A stretch of DNA of 63,336 nt, filler included, from Lenisia limosa (GCA_001655205.1; 13 parts of 13 records of this genome joined end to end with filler, not necessarily neighbours in it), one strand, 5' to 3'; positions 1-12,349 are shown, numbered from the whole stretch's first letter. Notes: generated by a model not told the origin, from the sequence alone. Program-made: numbers and translations.

Positions 1-900
1 GGTCTCTTAAATCAACCTGAGCCCCATGGTCAAGGAAGGTTTCTACCAAATCGCTATGGCCTACTTGGGGTTATTCTGAGAGGAAGAAACGAGAAATGAA
101 ACAAGATGTAATCTGGCTAAAGCCGTCCACATCATCGTTTTATCAGGGTTATCGAGAAATTTATTCTTTTTTTAGGACAAACCTTCCGCTGCGAGATAAT
201 GTAACAGTGTTCTCCCATCCTATGGTGTCAGATATACAGCTTTTTGCAGTAAAGTCTCAATTGAAACTAGAANNNNNNNNNNNNNNNNNNNNNNNNNNNN
301 NNNNNNNNNNNNNNNNNNNNNNNNNNNNNNNNNNNNNNNNNNNNNNNNNNNNNNNNNNNNNNNNNNNNNNNNNNNNNNNNNNCGGTTCAATAGTACACAA
401 AAAGCATTAATTGAAAGTGACAGATAGGTAGCGATCAGAAAAACAATAGGTTCTGACCGAAGCCGTCCATGAGACATTGACAAAAAGAGATGCCCCCACA
501 ACAGCCTCGTACCAAAAGCCCTATTCCACCTATTCAGAACCCACTCACTATCTCTCTTCAATTACCCCTACCCCAATTTCGAAAGGGGCTCTCGTTATAA
601 TGTTTCACTCAATATTTTAGAAGAAAAAAAAAACCCTTATCTTTAAGCTTTTTTGTTTCATAAATTTTCCAACTTTACTCCCCTCTTCTCTATCATNNNN
701 NNNNNNNNNNNNNNNNNNNNNNNNNNNNNNNNNNNNNNNNNNNNNNNNNNNNNNNNNNNNNNNNNNNNNNNNNNNNNNNNNNNNNNNNNNNNNNNNNNNN
801 NNNNNNNNNNNNNNNNNNNNNNNNNNNNNNNNNNNNNNNNNNNNACACGGTGTCCTGTGCGTGCATCTTCGAACAGTTCAGTCGTGGCATTCGTGTTCAT
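1..900 (-). CDS. Ankyrin-repeat protein, spliced, 3'-truncated at window edge
   Basis: Exons 219-183 and 60-1 splice (AG/GT, phase 1) to DGRTLLHYLAAEGHSDLVETFLDHGAQVDLRD, a typical ankyrin repeat. A possible first exon at 900-848 (MNTNATTELFEDARTGH) is less certain. Confidence 0.7.
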
Positions 901-1443
901 TTGCGAGGGAATCAATATGATAAGCAAGCTTCGTGTTCAACGAATAGGAATGGACTGTTTCTTCTTTTGATCTGCCGTGTTGTTATTACTGCCACTGCTT
1001 TCAGTAAATACAAAAAAATCGGATTTTTTGCGAAGTCTCTTAATAACTACGACCCGTGTGGGGGTTGTTTTGGGGTAGTTCAATTGTTTTTCGCATCACC
1101 TCTTGTATTTTCTGCCCCCCCCCCCTGTTGAAACGCCGAAATTGAAATAATAGAATGTTGGTATTTCACAAATACTAGGCTCAATGGCCTGAAACAAGAG
1201 ATAAAAAGCTAAAAACACAACTGTACACGAAAGGTTCTTGAGAGGCACCTCACCTGGAGAGTTAATGTCAAATGAGATTTTTAACAAGAGAATAACAATG
1301 TGATACATTAGCCATCTATATAGCAAAAGTTGGCCCTTTTTTAATGCATTGAATACAAGACAAGACAAACAAATGCACCTTAGGTCCTTATGTCCAAAGG
1401 TACACATCGGTTTATAAGAAAGGCAGCTTTTTTTACCCTGTCC

Positions 1444-4400
1444 TCACCTCAGGATGAGCTGGTCGATCCACTTGGCCCAGTAAGAAGTGAACCACTTCAG
1501 GAGGTCTGCTCGTCGGCTGTCTGAAAGCGATGAGAAGAATATCGGCTTTTTTGAAAAAAAAAAAAAAAGAACACTATTCTATCCTTGGTTCACTCATCAG
1601 CCCCCTCGTTATTTATAAAATATGGGTTGAAATCCTGTTGTTTTGCTGTTGAAACCTGTCGATTTATTCCTTGGCGTCCCTATGATACACTGACCGCTAT
1701 AAGTCCCGACACGGATATTGAGCTTTGTCTTTAGTCAATCGTGTCATGACTTATCGCGATTAGTCTGATTATCAAATTTCAAATAGTTTAGAAATTTCAC
1801 AAAAATAATTGAAAAATTGAAATTTGAAATAGTGTGGTGTGTAGCAATCTTTTCATACCCTTCATCTCGGCGTAATGGATGCTGTTGAGACACAGTTTCT
1901 TAATAGAGGCCAGGTCCTAGGATGTCAGGAAATCAATTATCCCTAGGTATTCATTTGTTTTCCAAAAAAAAAAAAATCAGGTGAACTGGACAAAAAACAG
2001 GTCCTATAGTAGTGTCAAAGATAAAAAAAGTTCACCGGATCCCATCATCCGAATGTCCTTGGGAAATCCCATCGCATCCCCCCTCTCACCAGTTCCCAGC
2101 CGGTAATGGCCATATAAAAGTCGTAGGCCAGAGCATGCTCAGCGTAGTCCATAATCGGTGCATCGTCCGTGGCTATGACCACCGGAAGGCCTGGGGGAGG
2201 GGAGAAAAGTAAAATTGGAAAATTTATGAAACAAAAAAAAAAGAAGCCTAAAATCAACTCTGTTGGCAGACAACACACAAGGGTTGGTAACAACAAAACA
2301 AAGCCCAGGTCAGTCGCTTCTGCAGCACCGCATCCCATCACTCTCTTGAAATTGATATTTATACTTGGTTTTGCAGAAGCACCCCCCTACCCAGTTGGAG
2401 GTAGGCACGAGCGGGATGATTGCGAAGTTCAGGGGCATATTCCAAGGCCTGGGGGGGGGGGGGNNNNNNNNNNNNNNNNNNNNNNNNNNNNNNNNNNNNN
2501 NNNNNNNNNNNNNNNNNNNNNNNNNNNNNNNNNNNNNNNNNNNNNNNNNNNNNNNNNNNNNNNNNNNNNNNNNNAAACAAGCCTGGGGGGTAAATTGGAG
2601 AAAATAAATAATGAAACAATCAACTCTGTTGGCTGATAACACACGAGTAAACAACAAAACAAAAAAAAAAGCCCTAGAATTGGGGATATGGACAGTTTAG
2701 AAGCTTACTTGGTTGGAAAGAGAGCAGACTTCAAGGCAAATATCGTACTTCTTAATGAAGTCGCTGGCAACGGGAAGATACTGAAGGATTAAGTGGGAAT
2801 GGGAAGGTACTGTCAACACTGATAACCCTAAACAAACTTGTCTCTATACAACATCTACTAACATCCACACATCAGAGACACCTCACAGTGGGTTCAGAAG
2901 TATGGTAATTTGTTTATGGTATCCCTATATATTGATTCGTTTCCCCTAGATTTCTAATGTTTAGTATTTCTCTTGTTAAAAAAAAACACCATGATTACCA
3001 ACCTTAAACAGTTCATAGCCGTGGCCAATGCGCCGAGGGTGAAGAGGAAGAGTATCAAGCAGGTTGTGGTGGAGAGGCGTGCTGATGGGGTGAGGTTCAA
3101 AACTTCATGAGGAGGTGCAAAAAAATACAAAGCAAAAAAAAAAGAGCGGAGTGCCAGCAACAAAAAACCTCCCATTCTGAAAAGAATACAGAAATGAAAA
3201 ATAAAACACGATTTTATCGGAACCCACTCCCCACATAATGCTACGAAAACGCGAAGTTTATGGTGAATGACATACTTATGGTATCCCCAGGTTTAAATTA
3301 ATGTTTTCTCGTTCCTCAAAGAAGCCCCCACCAACCTAGTTTCGCCAGCATGCAGGTAGAGAGGGAGGTCGCTACCGGGTCCGTCACCAACAAGGAGAGG
3401 AAGGTAGTCAATGAGGCCGAGCGCACCGTCCGCGTCTTCTTCCCCCACAATATCGAAGCCAAGAATGAGCTGACGGGAGTAAACTCGGAAACGGATTATG
3501 AGAGAAAAGAAGTAATATCTGTTACGAAGACGCCACTAACAATAAAGCAAAAAGCAAGGTAAAGATGAAACAAAAAGGAAACTTCATAATGAACAAAAAG
3601 AAAGTTCACAATCTACGAACGAAAAGATATTGTAATAAAGCTGAAAATAAAGCTATATCCCCGAATAGTAGAATGAAGCTATTTCCTAGAATGATCCCCA
3701 TCACGCACCTCGGGGTGCTGGGACTTGAGAAGGTTGCACTCCTCCACGAAGACTCTCATGACGTCAAGAGTCAGCTTGCGGGGGGCAGCGCAGATCAGTC
3801 CAAGGCTGCAATGGTGAGAAGGTTGGCCACAAACTTTTTCTTTTCTTTTTTATTGTCAACAACAACCACCACACCCTATTCCTTGACCATGATTGTCAAT
3901 AATCACTCAAGTTGAGAAGAATTTTTTTTATTTTGTTGATATAAAAAAAAAAACACTTTTATCACTTTCAACAAAGTTGATTTTGGGATACTCACTAATT
4001 GTCCATTACCCCCCACGAGAACTCAGGGTAGGTCTGCTTGGCTCTGTTGACGGCCTCAATGAAGAAACTTGCTTCCTTGGCCCAAGTCAGGTATTCTCCG
4101 GCGTAGTAGTAGGAGCGACCGAAGACAACTGAGGGGGGGGGGGGNNNNNNNNNNNNNNNNNNNNNNNNNNNNNNNNNNNNNNNNNNNNNNNNNNNNNNNN
4201 NNNNNNNNNNNNNNNNNNNNNNNNNNNNNNNNNNNNNNNNNNNNNNNNNNNNNNNAAAAACAAAAAAAAAAGTCCAAACTCAACTCTGTTGGCTAAGCAT
4301 CATACGAGGGTTAAAAACAACAAAACAAAGCCCAGGCTAGTCGTATGAATGAAAAAACCCAACTTCAACATTAACTAAAAATCTGCGGGGGGAGGCAAAG

Positions 4401-6994
4401 GGAAGAAAAACGAAAGAAATGTCAAGCTGATTACCAGTATACATACCTCTCATTTCAAGTCGCATTACACCGTCCGCAGCAAAGTCGAGGAAAGCTTGGT
4501 GGTAATAGTCAATGTAGACTGGTTCGAAGGAGACAAGGCCTTGGATACGGCCGAAAGTGGCCTCGAAGGGCGTCCACATCCTGGAGGTAAACGATGGAAA
4601 TTTAGATGAAAAATACTAGGTAAAATTAAAATTTATGAAACAAAAAAAAAAAGCCCAAATCAACTCTGTTGGCTGTGAAACGATGGANNNNNNNNNNNNN
4701 NNNNNNNNNNNNNNNNNNNNNNNNNNNNNNNNNNNNNNNNNNNNNNNNNNNNNNNNNNNNNNNNNNNNNNCGGTTAAACCTTTGTGTGTGCGTGCGTGTG
4801 AAAATAAAATTTAGGTTCAAAAGACGCTTAAAAAAAAAACAACATTTGAGCCATCGAAATTGGATTAAATATTTGAGATACATTTTCGGTCCAAAAGACG
4901 AGTAAATTTTTGTGTTATAAAACTCATCCTGCGAATACCCATCATGCTTAGTAATAGGCTTACATGTTATTCGTGTTGTAAATGCCTATATGCTCATTAT
5001 GCGATCTTAGTACCATGCTTACTTGGTCTTTATGTTCATCATGTCCTCGTGTACCATGAAGCGGTCAGCAATAGCCCTGTCATAAGCCTCAACATCACGC
5101 GACGCCTCACTAAAATGGTTATCATCCTAAACAAAAGTTATCATAGGTTAGGAATACCACATGTGGAAAGGGATTTCTATTTTCTTCCATGTTTTGGAGA
5201 AGTTATCTCCGGGGTTTTCTTTGTGTACAGCTCAACCGCCGGATCTTTATATCATCTTAGTTTCAAGAAAGACTTTACTGCAAAAAAAAAAGGAGAAGAG
5301 AACAAAGGGCTGTGGATCTAAGGATGACGATGACCATCCCCCCAACCGCTCAGCACTAATCAGCACCCAGTCCTTAGGAATGGTCTGGTTGGCTTCGGGT
5401 TGATAGAAGATAACGGCACCTTCCGAGATTTTGGCTGGGAAGATAAGAAATGGACTGTCAAAAGATTGTTTCTAGAAATGAGTAATAAAACAAGGTTGTA
5501 TCTGACCGAAGCCGTCCACACATTATAGATAGATATCGATATAGAGGAGGAATAAAAACATAGACATGAGAAATAAAAACATAGAGATAAGAAATAACAA
5601 GGACCCAGAAATAAAGAAAGCCCCCCTCCAACAGGTCATGGGGGAGCCAATAAGGGACCCATCAGCAAGGGTCATGGACATCGGCTCTTCATAGGCAACT
5701 TCTAGGGTGGGGGNNNNNNNNNNNNNNNNNNNNNNNNNNNNNNNNNNNNNNNNNNNNNNNNNNNNNNNNNNNNNNNNNNNNNNNNNNNNNNNNNACCAGT
5801 GAGGCAGAAGCAATAATTGGTTCCAACTGGCTGTTGGCCAAGGATTTGATTTAACCAAATTAGTGTTTGTACCTTACTAATAACAATACTAATTTTCACT
5901 GTGGCCGCAGTGCCTCGATATCCATGATCAGAGTAGGCCTTCGTATCAGTCTAATTGAGAAAATTCGATATTTTCCAAGTGGTTTACGAGCCTGCGTGAA
6001 GCCCAACGACCATCCCTGCCTACTGCCGCGGAAAATGTAGCAATTTGGCAGATAAGTGGCAGTTTTGACAAGACGGAGGGCCGAGCCAGTAGAGAGGCTA
6101 CAGTATAAAAACCAAGAATTGATACAAGTCAAGAACTAATGTGCGTTAATGTCACCGGAAAAGATTGGGGATCATGATTTTGGGTCAGATAATTAGTTTG
6201 TCATTGCCAGGCCTTCACCTTGTTCCCAAAGACTGAATTTCTATCTCTTTTCGAACAGAAGTGAAGCGGAAGTCAAATACAAGGTATGATGTATGTATGT
6301 TTATTTTTTTATCATCTGATAAGCCAATGGCATTCACATTTACAACATAAGGCAAGTGACCATCACATTTAAAGGGACACGCACATCTGTCAAAGATATT
6401 ACTAATCTGTCGGATAGTGATTACAAATCGGTTCTTGCAGCAGCTTTCAATCAAACACGCCACAACCAAATCATCATCCATCTTGAGCTATATTACGCAC
6501 GGCCCACCTGTGAGTGTGTAAATTGGCGCCCTTGGGCATCAGTTTGATCAGGTCGATGAAGGAGCCGCTGTCGATGATGGACTTAGACTCGAAGAACGAG
6601 ATGGACGCGGGGGGTTTGGGACCAGTGCGCGCAAGTTCGAGGTCAAGAAGCTCTGGAGAGGCGGTCAATGAAGCAAGATAGTATTAGAAAATGCTAGAAA
6701 ATCAATCTCTCTAACCTCTGAACTTCTCATCAGCCTTCGTTTCAGTTTCACTGAGGACAACATCGCTTGCAAACCACTGAGACGAGAGCTAGAAAAGATT
6801 GAGTTTAGTAAGAGCGGATATTCTCCCTATAACAGCCACAGATAGATACTTGATTTCAACAATTAGCATATATGGAGGCTTACGTTTGAGTAGAGATTTG
6901 AGCGCTCAAAAAAGTAAGAGTGTTTGCCACGCTTGCACTCCGCGAATTGGGTAAATACAAGGAATAGCACCACCAAAAGGAAGCGTACACTCAT
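1444..6994 (-). CDS. ADA2: Secreted adenosine deaminase 2 / ADGF-like protein (about 15 exons)
   Basis: Signal peptide MSVRFLLVVLFLVFTQFAEC (ATG at 6994). Spliced exons give LMPKGANLHTH, MWTPFEATFGRIQGLVSFEPVYIDYYHQAFLDFAADGVMRLEMR, GFDIVGEED, LYLHAGET, RIGHG, LEVCSLSNQ, LRNHP, VIATDD, LAYDFY, DLASIKKLCLNSI, then TGA at 1446-1444. Motifs are collinear with the ADA2/CECR1 family. Confidence 0.92.
2191..2345 (-). repeat. Intronic family A (type copy), forming the intron 3' end
   Basis: Consensus GAGTGATGGGATGCGGTGCTGCAGAAGCGACTGRCCTGGGCTTTGTTTTGTTGTTAYCAACCC..GCCAACAGAGTTGATTTTRGGC(T)nGTTTCATAAATTTTCCAATTTTAC(C/T)nAG. Other copies near 640, 2575, 4256, 4583, 9215, 9920, 11445, 14005, 22600, 36918, 40633, 41822, 44003, 44510, 46280, 46450, 47303, 57040. 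Confidence 0.9.
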
Positions 6995-7226
6995 ATTTCC
7001 CCCTGAACAAAAAGTCATAGTTGTAAACAGTAATCAAAGTTTCTAATTGGCCAGGAAAACAAAATTAATATATCAAATACCGCCTGCTTTCGTGTTTAGT
7101 TAACCATAATTGGTGCAAAAATTTTGTTTATATACCTGCTTTTACATTAATTACATGTGTAGCTTATAGCGAAAAAAAAATTCAAAATGAAAGTATGAAA
7201 GTAAACCAGAACAGGAGCCTTTTATC

Positions 7227-10200
7227 ATGTCAGGGCTTGTTTCAGTAGTTGGATATGTCAACAAAAAAGAAAAAATGATCCAAGTGGACACGGAAAAACA
7301 GACTATTTCGTACCACACGTAAGCTTTTTCGGTCTCCTGAGATGGCTTTTGATAACTGTGATAAATTGTTTCACATTTCAGCCCCGGAAAGGCCAACAAA
7401 GAGGTTGTTAATATCTGTGATATTCGCAAGATCGAGAAGCCTGACGGGCTTTCTGATAAGGCTACCGACGAGGAGAAGAAGAAGGTTTGGAGCAAGAGAG
7501 CGGAAAGGGTCGGGAATGGGTTGCTGTGCTTGGGCGGGGGGAATTTTGGAGGTGCTTTGGTGAAATGATGTGATCGGTGGTTTCCATTTCAGCTCGGTAT
7601 TGTTTTTGTTGGGATGGTGCTTTGTTTGAGGGTTATCATATTATTTTCAGCTTTTCCAAGATGTGAATATGTGTTTTTATGGGAAGAAGAACATGGCTGA
7701 GCTCATTTGCTCTGTCTTAGCGTTCATGTTAAGCGAAATGACTTTGGTCCAGAGTGTTTGCGTCTTTTGTGAGGGGCGCTTATGGCTAGTTTTTTTGAGC
7801 TTATGTGAATTTTTGCTTCACTTTGGTCCCTTTATAATACAATGTGGGTGTAACATGCTTCAAATGTGGTCCCATATCCACTAGTGATATAAACTTTCGA
7901 GTTGAAATGGTCATGATGCACTGAGTGTTATCTATTGAAGAGTTGAAGAAGTGGATGTTATCGTCACATCTTCTATTTGCTTCTATTTTGTGTTCAAGAA
8001 ATTTCAGCATTTTTTTAAAAAGAAAACAAAAGATAGTGCCCAATTCAACATAAAACTATGCTGCTCTTAAAAATCAGACTTTTCATCTTGGTTGCTTTGG
8101 AATCACAAAGTGTTTACTTCAGAAACAGTTTATGGAAGTGTATTTATATCCCCTCTCCATATATCTTGTGAATTCACCCCAATCTGAAAAAGCCCGATAA
8201 AGTATCGAGATTAACCTATAGTGGCTCGAGGTCCTAAACTATGTCGTTAATTCGAATTATTGTCGTGAATTCAATTTTCTGTGACTGGCTCTTTTTCATG
8301 TTAAGGTCAACTTCACAACAATTTAACTCGTAAAAAAGGACATATGAATGCGGGCATAAACTGAAAAAAAATTGCGCGAGACCCTCCCCTGTGCCCCTCT
8401 TTCAAAAAAAAGTTTTTTTTCTTTTTCTTTTTCTTTTTCTTTGTTTCCCTTCATAAACAAATAAAGTGTGTATATCTCAGAAATCTATTACTGTTTTGAA
8501 GAGGAATCGCTGATTTGGCGACCGTAAATAATTAACGATATTAATTCGAATTAACGACATAATTTTGGACCTTGAGCATAGAGATATTCATTATTTTTCG
8601 GATTAATGTGAAGCTTTATTCCAATCATTTAACCCGCTTCAGAAAGAAAGCACCGTGCAGTCCGCAATGAAGAAGCAGAAGAAGTCCAAGCTCTTTATTT
8701 ACTTCAAAAGTGGGAAGGGGTTATTATAGACCAACTTTATCATCTTTTACTCCTTTCCGCAACCCAATTCCTTACACAAGGTCATACAACAAGATGTATA
8801 TATCGTATAGACACCACTGGAGTGCCAAATTGATCCACCAGCGCTATTGGACAACATCTCAGTTCGTCACACTAAAGCACATAGTATTCATACATCCTAC
8901 ACTGACCGGGATACCAACAACAGACCAGATAATTGACAATTAACATTTACGAACAAGAAGGTGCACCACCATCCCCATCCCTAGATTTCTAATATATATT
9001 ATTTCTCCTGTTCAAGACAAACTAACGCATCAGACGACGTGCAAGATCCACTCGATCTGAAGTTCAAAGGCAGCAACTGTGATGGTGATCTCCTGGCTGT
9101 TCTTGGCGCTGTGCGGTCATGCCAAATCCTGGTGCGCGCGGGGTAGGGTGTTTTGTTGTTTAAACCCTTGTGTGTTTTTGTTGCGTAAATGTTTCCCATT
9201 AACCCCCCCGCTGGAGTGATGGGATGCGGGCCTTGTTTGTTTTGTTATCAACCCTTGTGTATTGCTAACCAACAGAGTTGATTTTGGGCTTTTTGTTTCA
9301 GAAAAATTTCCACTTTCTCCCCTCCATCTCCCTCTTCCCCTAACCGAGCCAGAACGAGCCATCAACCCTGAAAATCCTCTGTGGTACATGGAACGCCGGA
9401 GACGCCCAGGGTCCCGATGACTTGAAGGAGTGGATCCAGCCCGGATATGACCTCTATGTTCTTGGTGCCCAGGTAAGAAAAAACAAAATATAATGAAAAC
9501 TACACACCAAATCGACGAGCTTTTTGAGACCAGAGGGAAACTAGGTGTGATGATTAAGGCTTCCTGCGGTCCCAAAAAAGACTGAATTTCTCGATAAATC
9601 CTCGATAAATATCGATATTTTATCAGTCTTTTTCGGACCGCACTGTGATGATCTATCAATTCAAAGAATTTTCGCAAATAATGACATTCGTGTGAAATTG
9701 AAATGATAGACATCCATTACATAGGAATTCGAATACGCCCAGCATGAATTTTCCTATTTTTCACTATTGCAGGAATGTGAATACAAGCCCCCTACAGGGG
9801 ACTGTGGACAGCATTGGTACGGAATCCTCCAGCAAAACATCGGGCCTGTGGGGGGGTAAAATGTCTTTGTGTGTGTGGTGAATTTTTTTTTTTTGTTGTT
9901 GTTTTTGGTGTGTTTGTTGGAGTGATGATAGGTGTTGCAGAAGCAACTGGCCTGGGCTTTGTTTTGTGTTCTCAACCCTCGTGTTTTGTCAGCCAACAGC
10001 GTTGTTTTTTTTTGTTTCACAAATTTTCCAATTTTACTCCCCCCTCCCCCCAGGACTACACAGTTGTCCGTTCTAAGTCCATGGGAGCAATTCGTATGCA
10101 CATTGCAATCAAGAAAGAGCTGTTCCCCCTGGTGTCAAATGTCCAGGTATGGGTCAAATGCCAACCATTTTTGGCAATCTTACAATATTTGGTTGAGGCC

Positions 10201-12055
10201 ACTTACCATAAGGCATCATCTTCTTTCACTTTCCATATTAGGCATATTCATTTACCATAAGGCATTTTCATCGATCCCTTACCAAATTAGGCATCTTCCG
10301 AGGCTACCGGCGTGGGCCGTGTTGTACATAACAAGGGTGGTGTTGCCGTGTCCTTCAAAGTATGTCGCTTTTGATAGAATCCAATAGTGGTTCTTCCAAT
10401 ATCTCATATGAGCGTGATGGTTTGGGCGGCTTCGGCCAGATACAACCCATTTTTATTCTCATCTCTACACACATTGGATTCTCGTTTTTGATGGGTGTTT
10501 CTTTTGTACAGAGTTTAACCGCTGGATCTCTTAGATCCTAGAATAGAGACTTTGTCTTTATGATGACTTTGCTGCAGATTCTCATCTATTCAGATTTGTG
10601 AAACATCCTTCCTCATCTCTTCAGATTTGTGAAACATCCTTCCTGTTTGTAAACAGTCATCTGGCTGCTCATCAAGAGAGAATCGACGACAGAAACCGTG
10701 ACTATTTCGAAATATTGAAGGTGGGATATTTTGAGATTTTACAGTTATGGGGGAATATACTATCATGTCTTGAAGCAGCTTCGCATATACTTGTTATTTT
10801 TCTCATTTCTATTCCGTGCCTCAGCGTGTGTTGGGGAGGCACACAAAAAGCTGTGTGTACAGAGTTATAAGGCAAGATTAGGTGAAAATCTATTATTCTA
10901 TAATCCAATATCTCTTATAAGCGTGATGGTGTAGACAGCTTCGGCCAGATACAACCTATTTTTCGTTTTTTTTTCAAAGCCTCACCAAACCAGGGCATCA
11001 AAATCGGCATCCCCGAGTACGAATGTCTCTCTCAGGTGGAGAGGGGAGGGTCTCTCTCAGGTGGAGAGGGGAGGGTCTCTCTCAGGTGGAGAGGGGAGGT
11101 TCTCTCTCAGGTGGAGAGGGGAGGGTGCATTTTGGCACTAAATACTGATTTTTGGAAGATGATTAAGAGCTAGATTGTACTCATTTGAAACTATCATGCA
11201 ATATTTCAACTATATATTCCAATTTGGCTAAGATTACAAGTCTCCCCCCCCCCCNNNNNNNNNNNNNNNNNNNNNNNNNNNNNNNNNNNNNNNNNNNNNN
11301 NNNNNNNNNNNNNNNNNNNNNNNNNNNNNNNNNNNNNNNNNNNNNNNNNNNNNNNNNNNNNNNNNNNNNNNNNNNNNNNNNNNNNNNNNNNNNNNNNNNN
11401 NNNNNNNNNNNNNNNNNNNNGTATCTCCATTCATAAACTGTATTCTACTGAAGCAACTGGACTGGGATTTGTTTATGTTGTTGTTTTTTTTACCCTTGCG
11501 TGTTTCCCAATTGTTTAGCCAGCAGAATTGATTTTTGGTCTTTTTTTTGTTTCATAAAATTTCTACTTTTACTCCCTCCCCTCTTATGATTCGCCTTGAC
11601 CCCCCAGGTCGACCATGCTTTCTGGATGGGCGATCTCAATTACAGAATTGTGGGGGGGGGGGTATTTTTGAACTGAGAAACTAATTAGAAATTTACTATG
11701 AGGAACTCACAAACTTACCATATTAGGAACTTACCAAATGAGGAACTTATAAACTTACCATATTAGGATATGTCACGTGACGACTGCCTCCAAAAGATCA
11801 ATGACAAGGGTAGGGGTGGAACAATTCCGGGAGGGTGAAAGAACTTATAGCAAAAGGTCTATATCTATCATAAGCCTATTACCAGCGTATACTTCAAATC
11901 ATCTCATTGATATTTCAGATTATGTCATTGATAGTTCAGATTATGGCGGACTAATGATTACTTCAGAATGGCATTCATTGATTTTTCAGATTACCTCGGC
12001 CTGATCGATTATGACCAGCTTGTCAAGGTCAAGTCTGATGACAAGGCTTTCATTG
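7227..12055 (+). CDS. Inositol polyphosphate 5-phosphatase with a probable N-terminal PH-like region; truncated by linker
   Basis: Exons encode ILCGTWNAG...YDLYVLGAQ|ECEY, EATGVGRVVHNKGGVAVSFK, SFLFVNSHLAAHQ, FWMGDLNYRI and YDQL, the type II 5-phosphatase motifs. Upstream exons 7227-7318 and 7382-7483 splice in frame (MSGLVSVVGYVNKKEKMIQVDTEKQTISYHTPGKANKEVVNICDIRKIEKP); their link to the catalytic part is inferred. Confidence 0.85.
8224..8577. mobile_element. About 355 bp non-autonomous TIR element
   Basis: Left end GCTCGAGGTCCTAAACTATGTCGTTAATTCGAATTA matches the reverse complement of the right end GCTCAAGGTCCAAAATTATGTCGTTAATTCGAATTA (36 bp, 3 mismatches). Flanks are ATAGTG / ATAGAG. Confidence 0.7.
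11026..11125 (+). repeat. 25 bp x4 tandem repeat spanning an exon/intron donor
   Basis: TCTCTCTCAG|GTGGAGAGGGGAGGG occurs four times head-to-tail. Confidence 0.95.
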
Positions 12056-12190
12056 TGAGCGTTTTTCCTTCATATCCCTTCCACATTATTGTTCCAATCT
12101 AGATTCACAAATTAATACATAGTACATAATAACTTACTTCGTAATATAATTGTGACTTATTATTGTTGATTTCACGATGCCGTGCTCTAG

Positions 12191-12290
12191 NNNNNNNNNN
12201 NNNNNNNNNNNNNNNNNNNNNNNNNNNNNNNNNNTTAATTAATTAANNNNNNNNNNNNNNNNNNNNNNNNNNNNNNNNNNNNNNNNNNNN
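12191..12290. other. Artificial contig linker N44-TTAATTAATTAA-N44; others centred near 16559, 19824, 22711, 34299, 35918, 39070, 41206, 46394, 54785, 57207, 61264
   Basis: Identical 100 bp blocks with stops in all six frames. Genes are cut at these points and do not resume on the other side. Confidence 0.97.
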
Positions 12291-12349
12291 ATTATTATTA
12301 TTATTGTCACATATTTTTATGTTCCTCTGATATGGAATCCACTAACAGC

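Noticed and set aside
183-273. Stop-codon readthrough or reassigned TAG before DGRTLLH in the ankyrin gene
   Set aside because: The TAG is explained as an acceptor with a CTGAC branch point; motif-anchored exons elsewhere show no in-frame stops.
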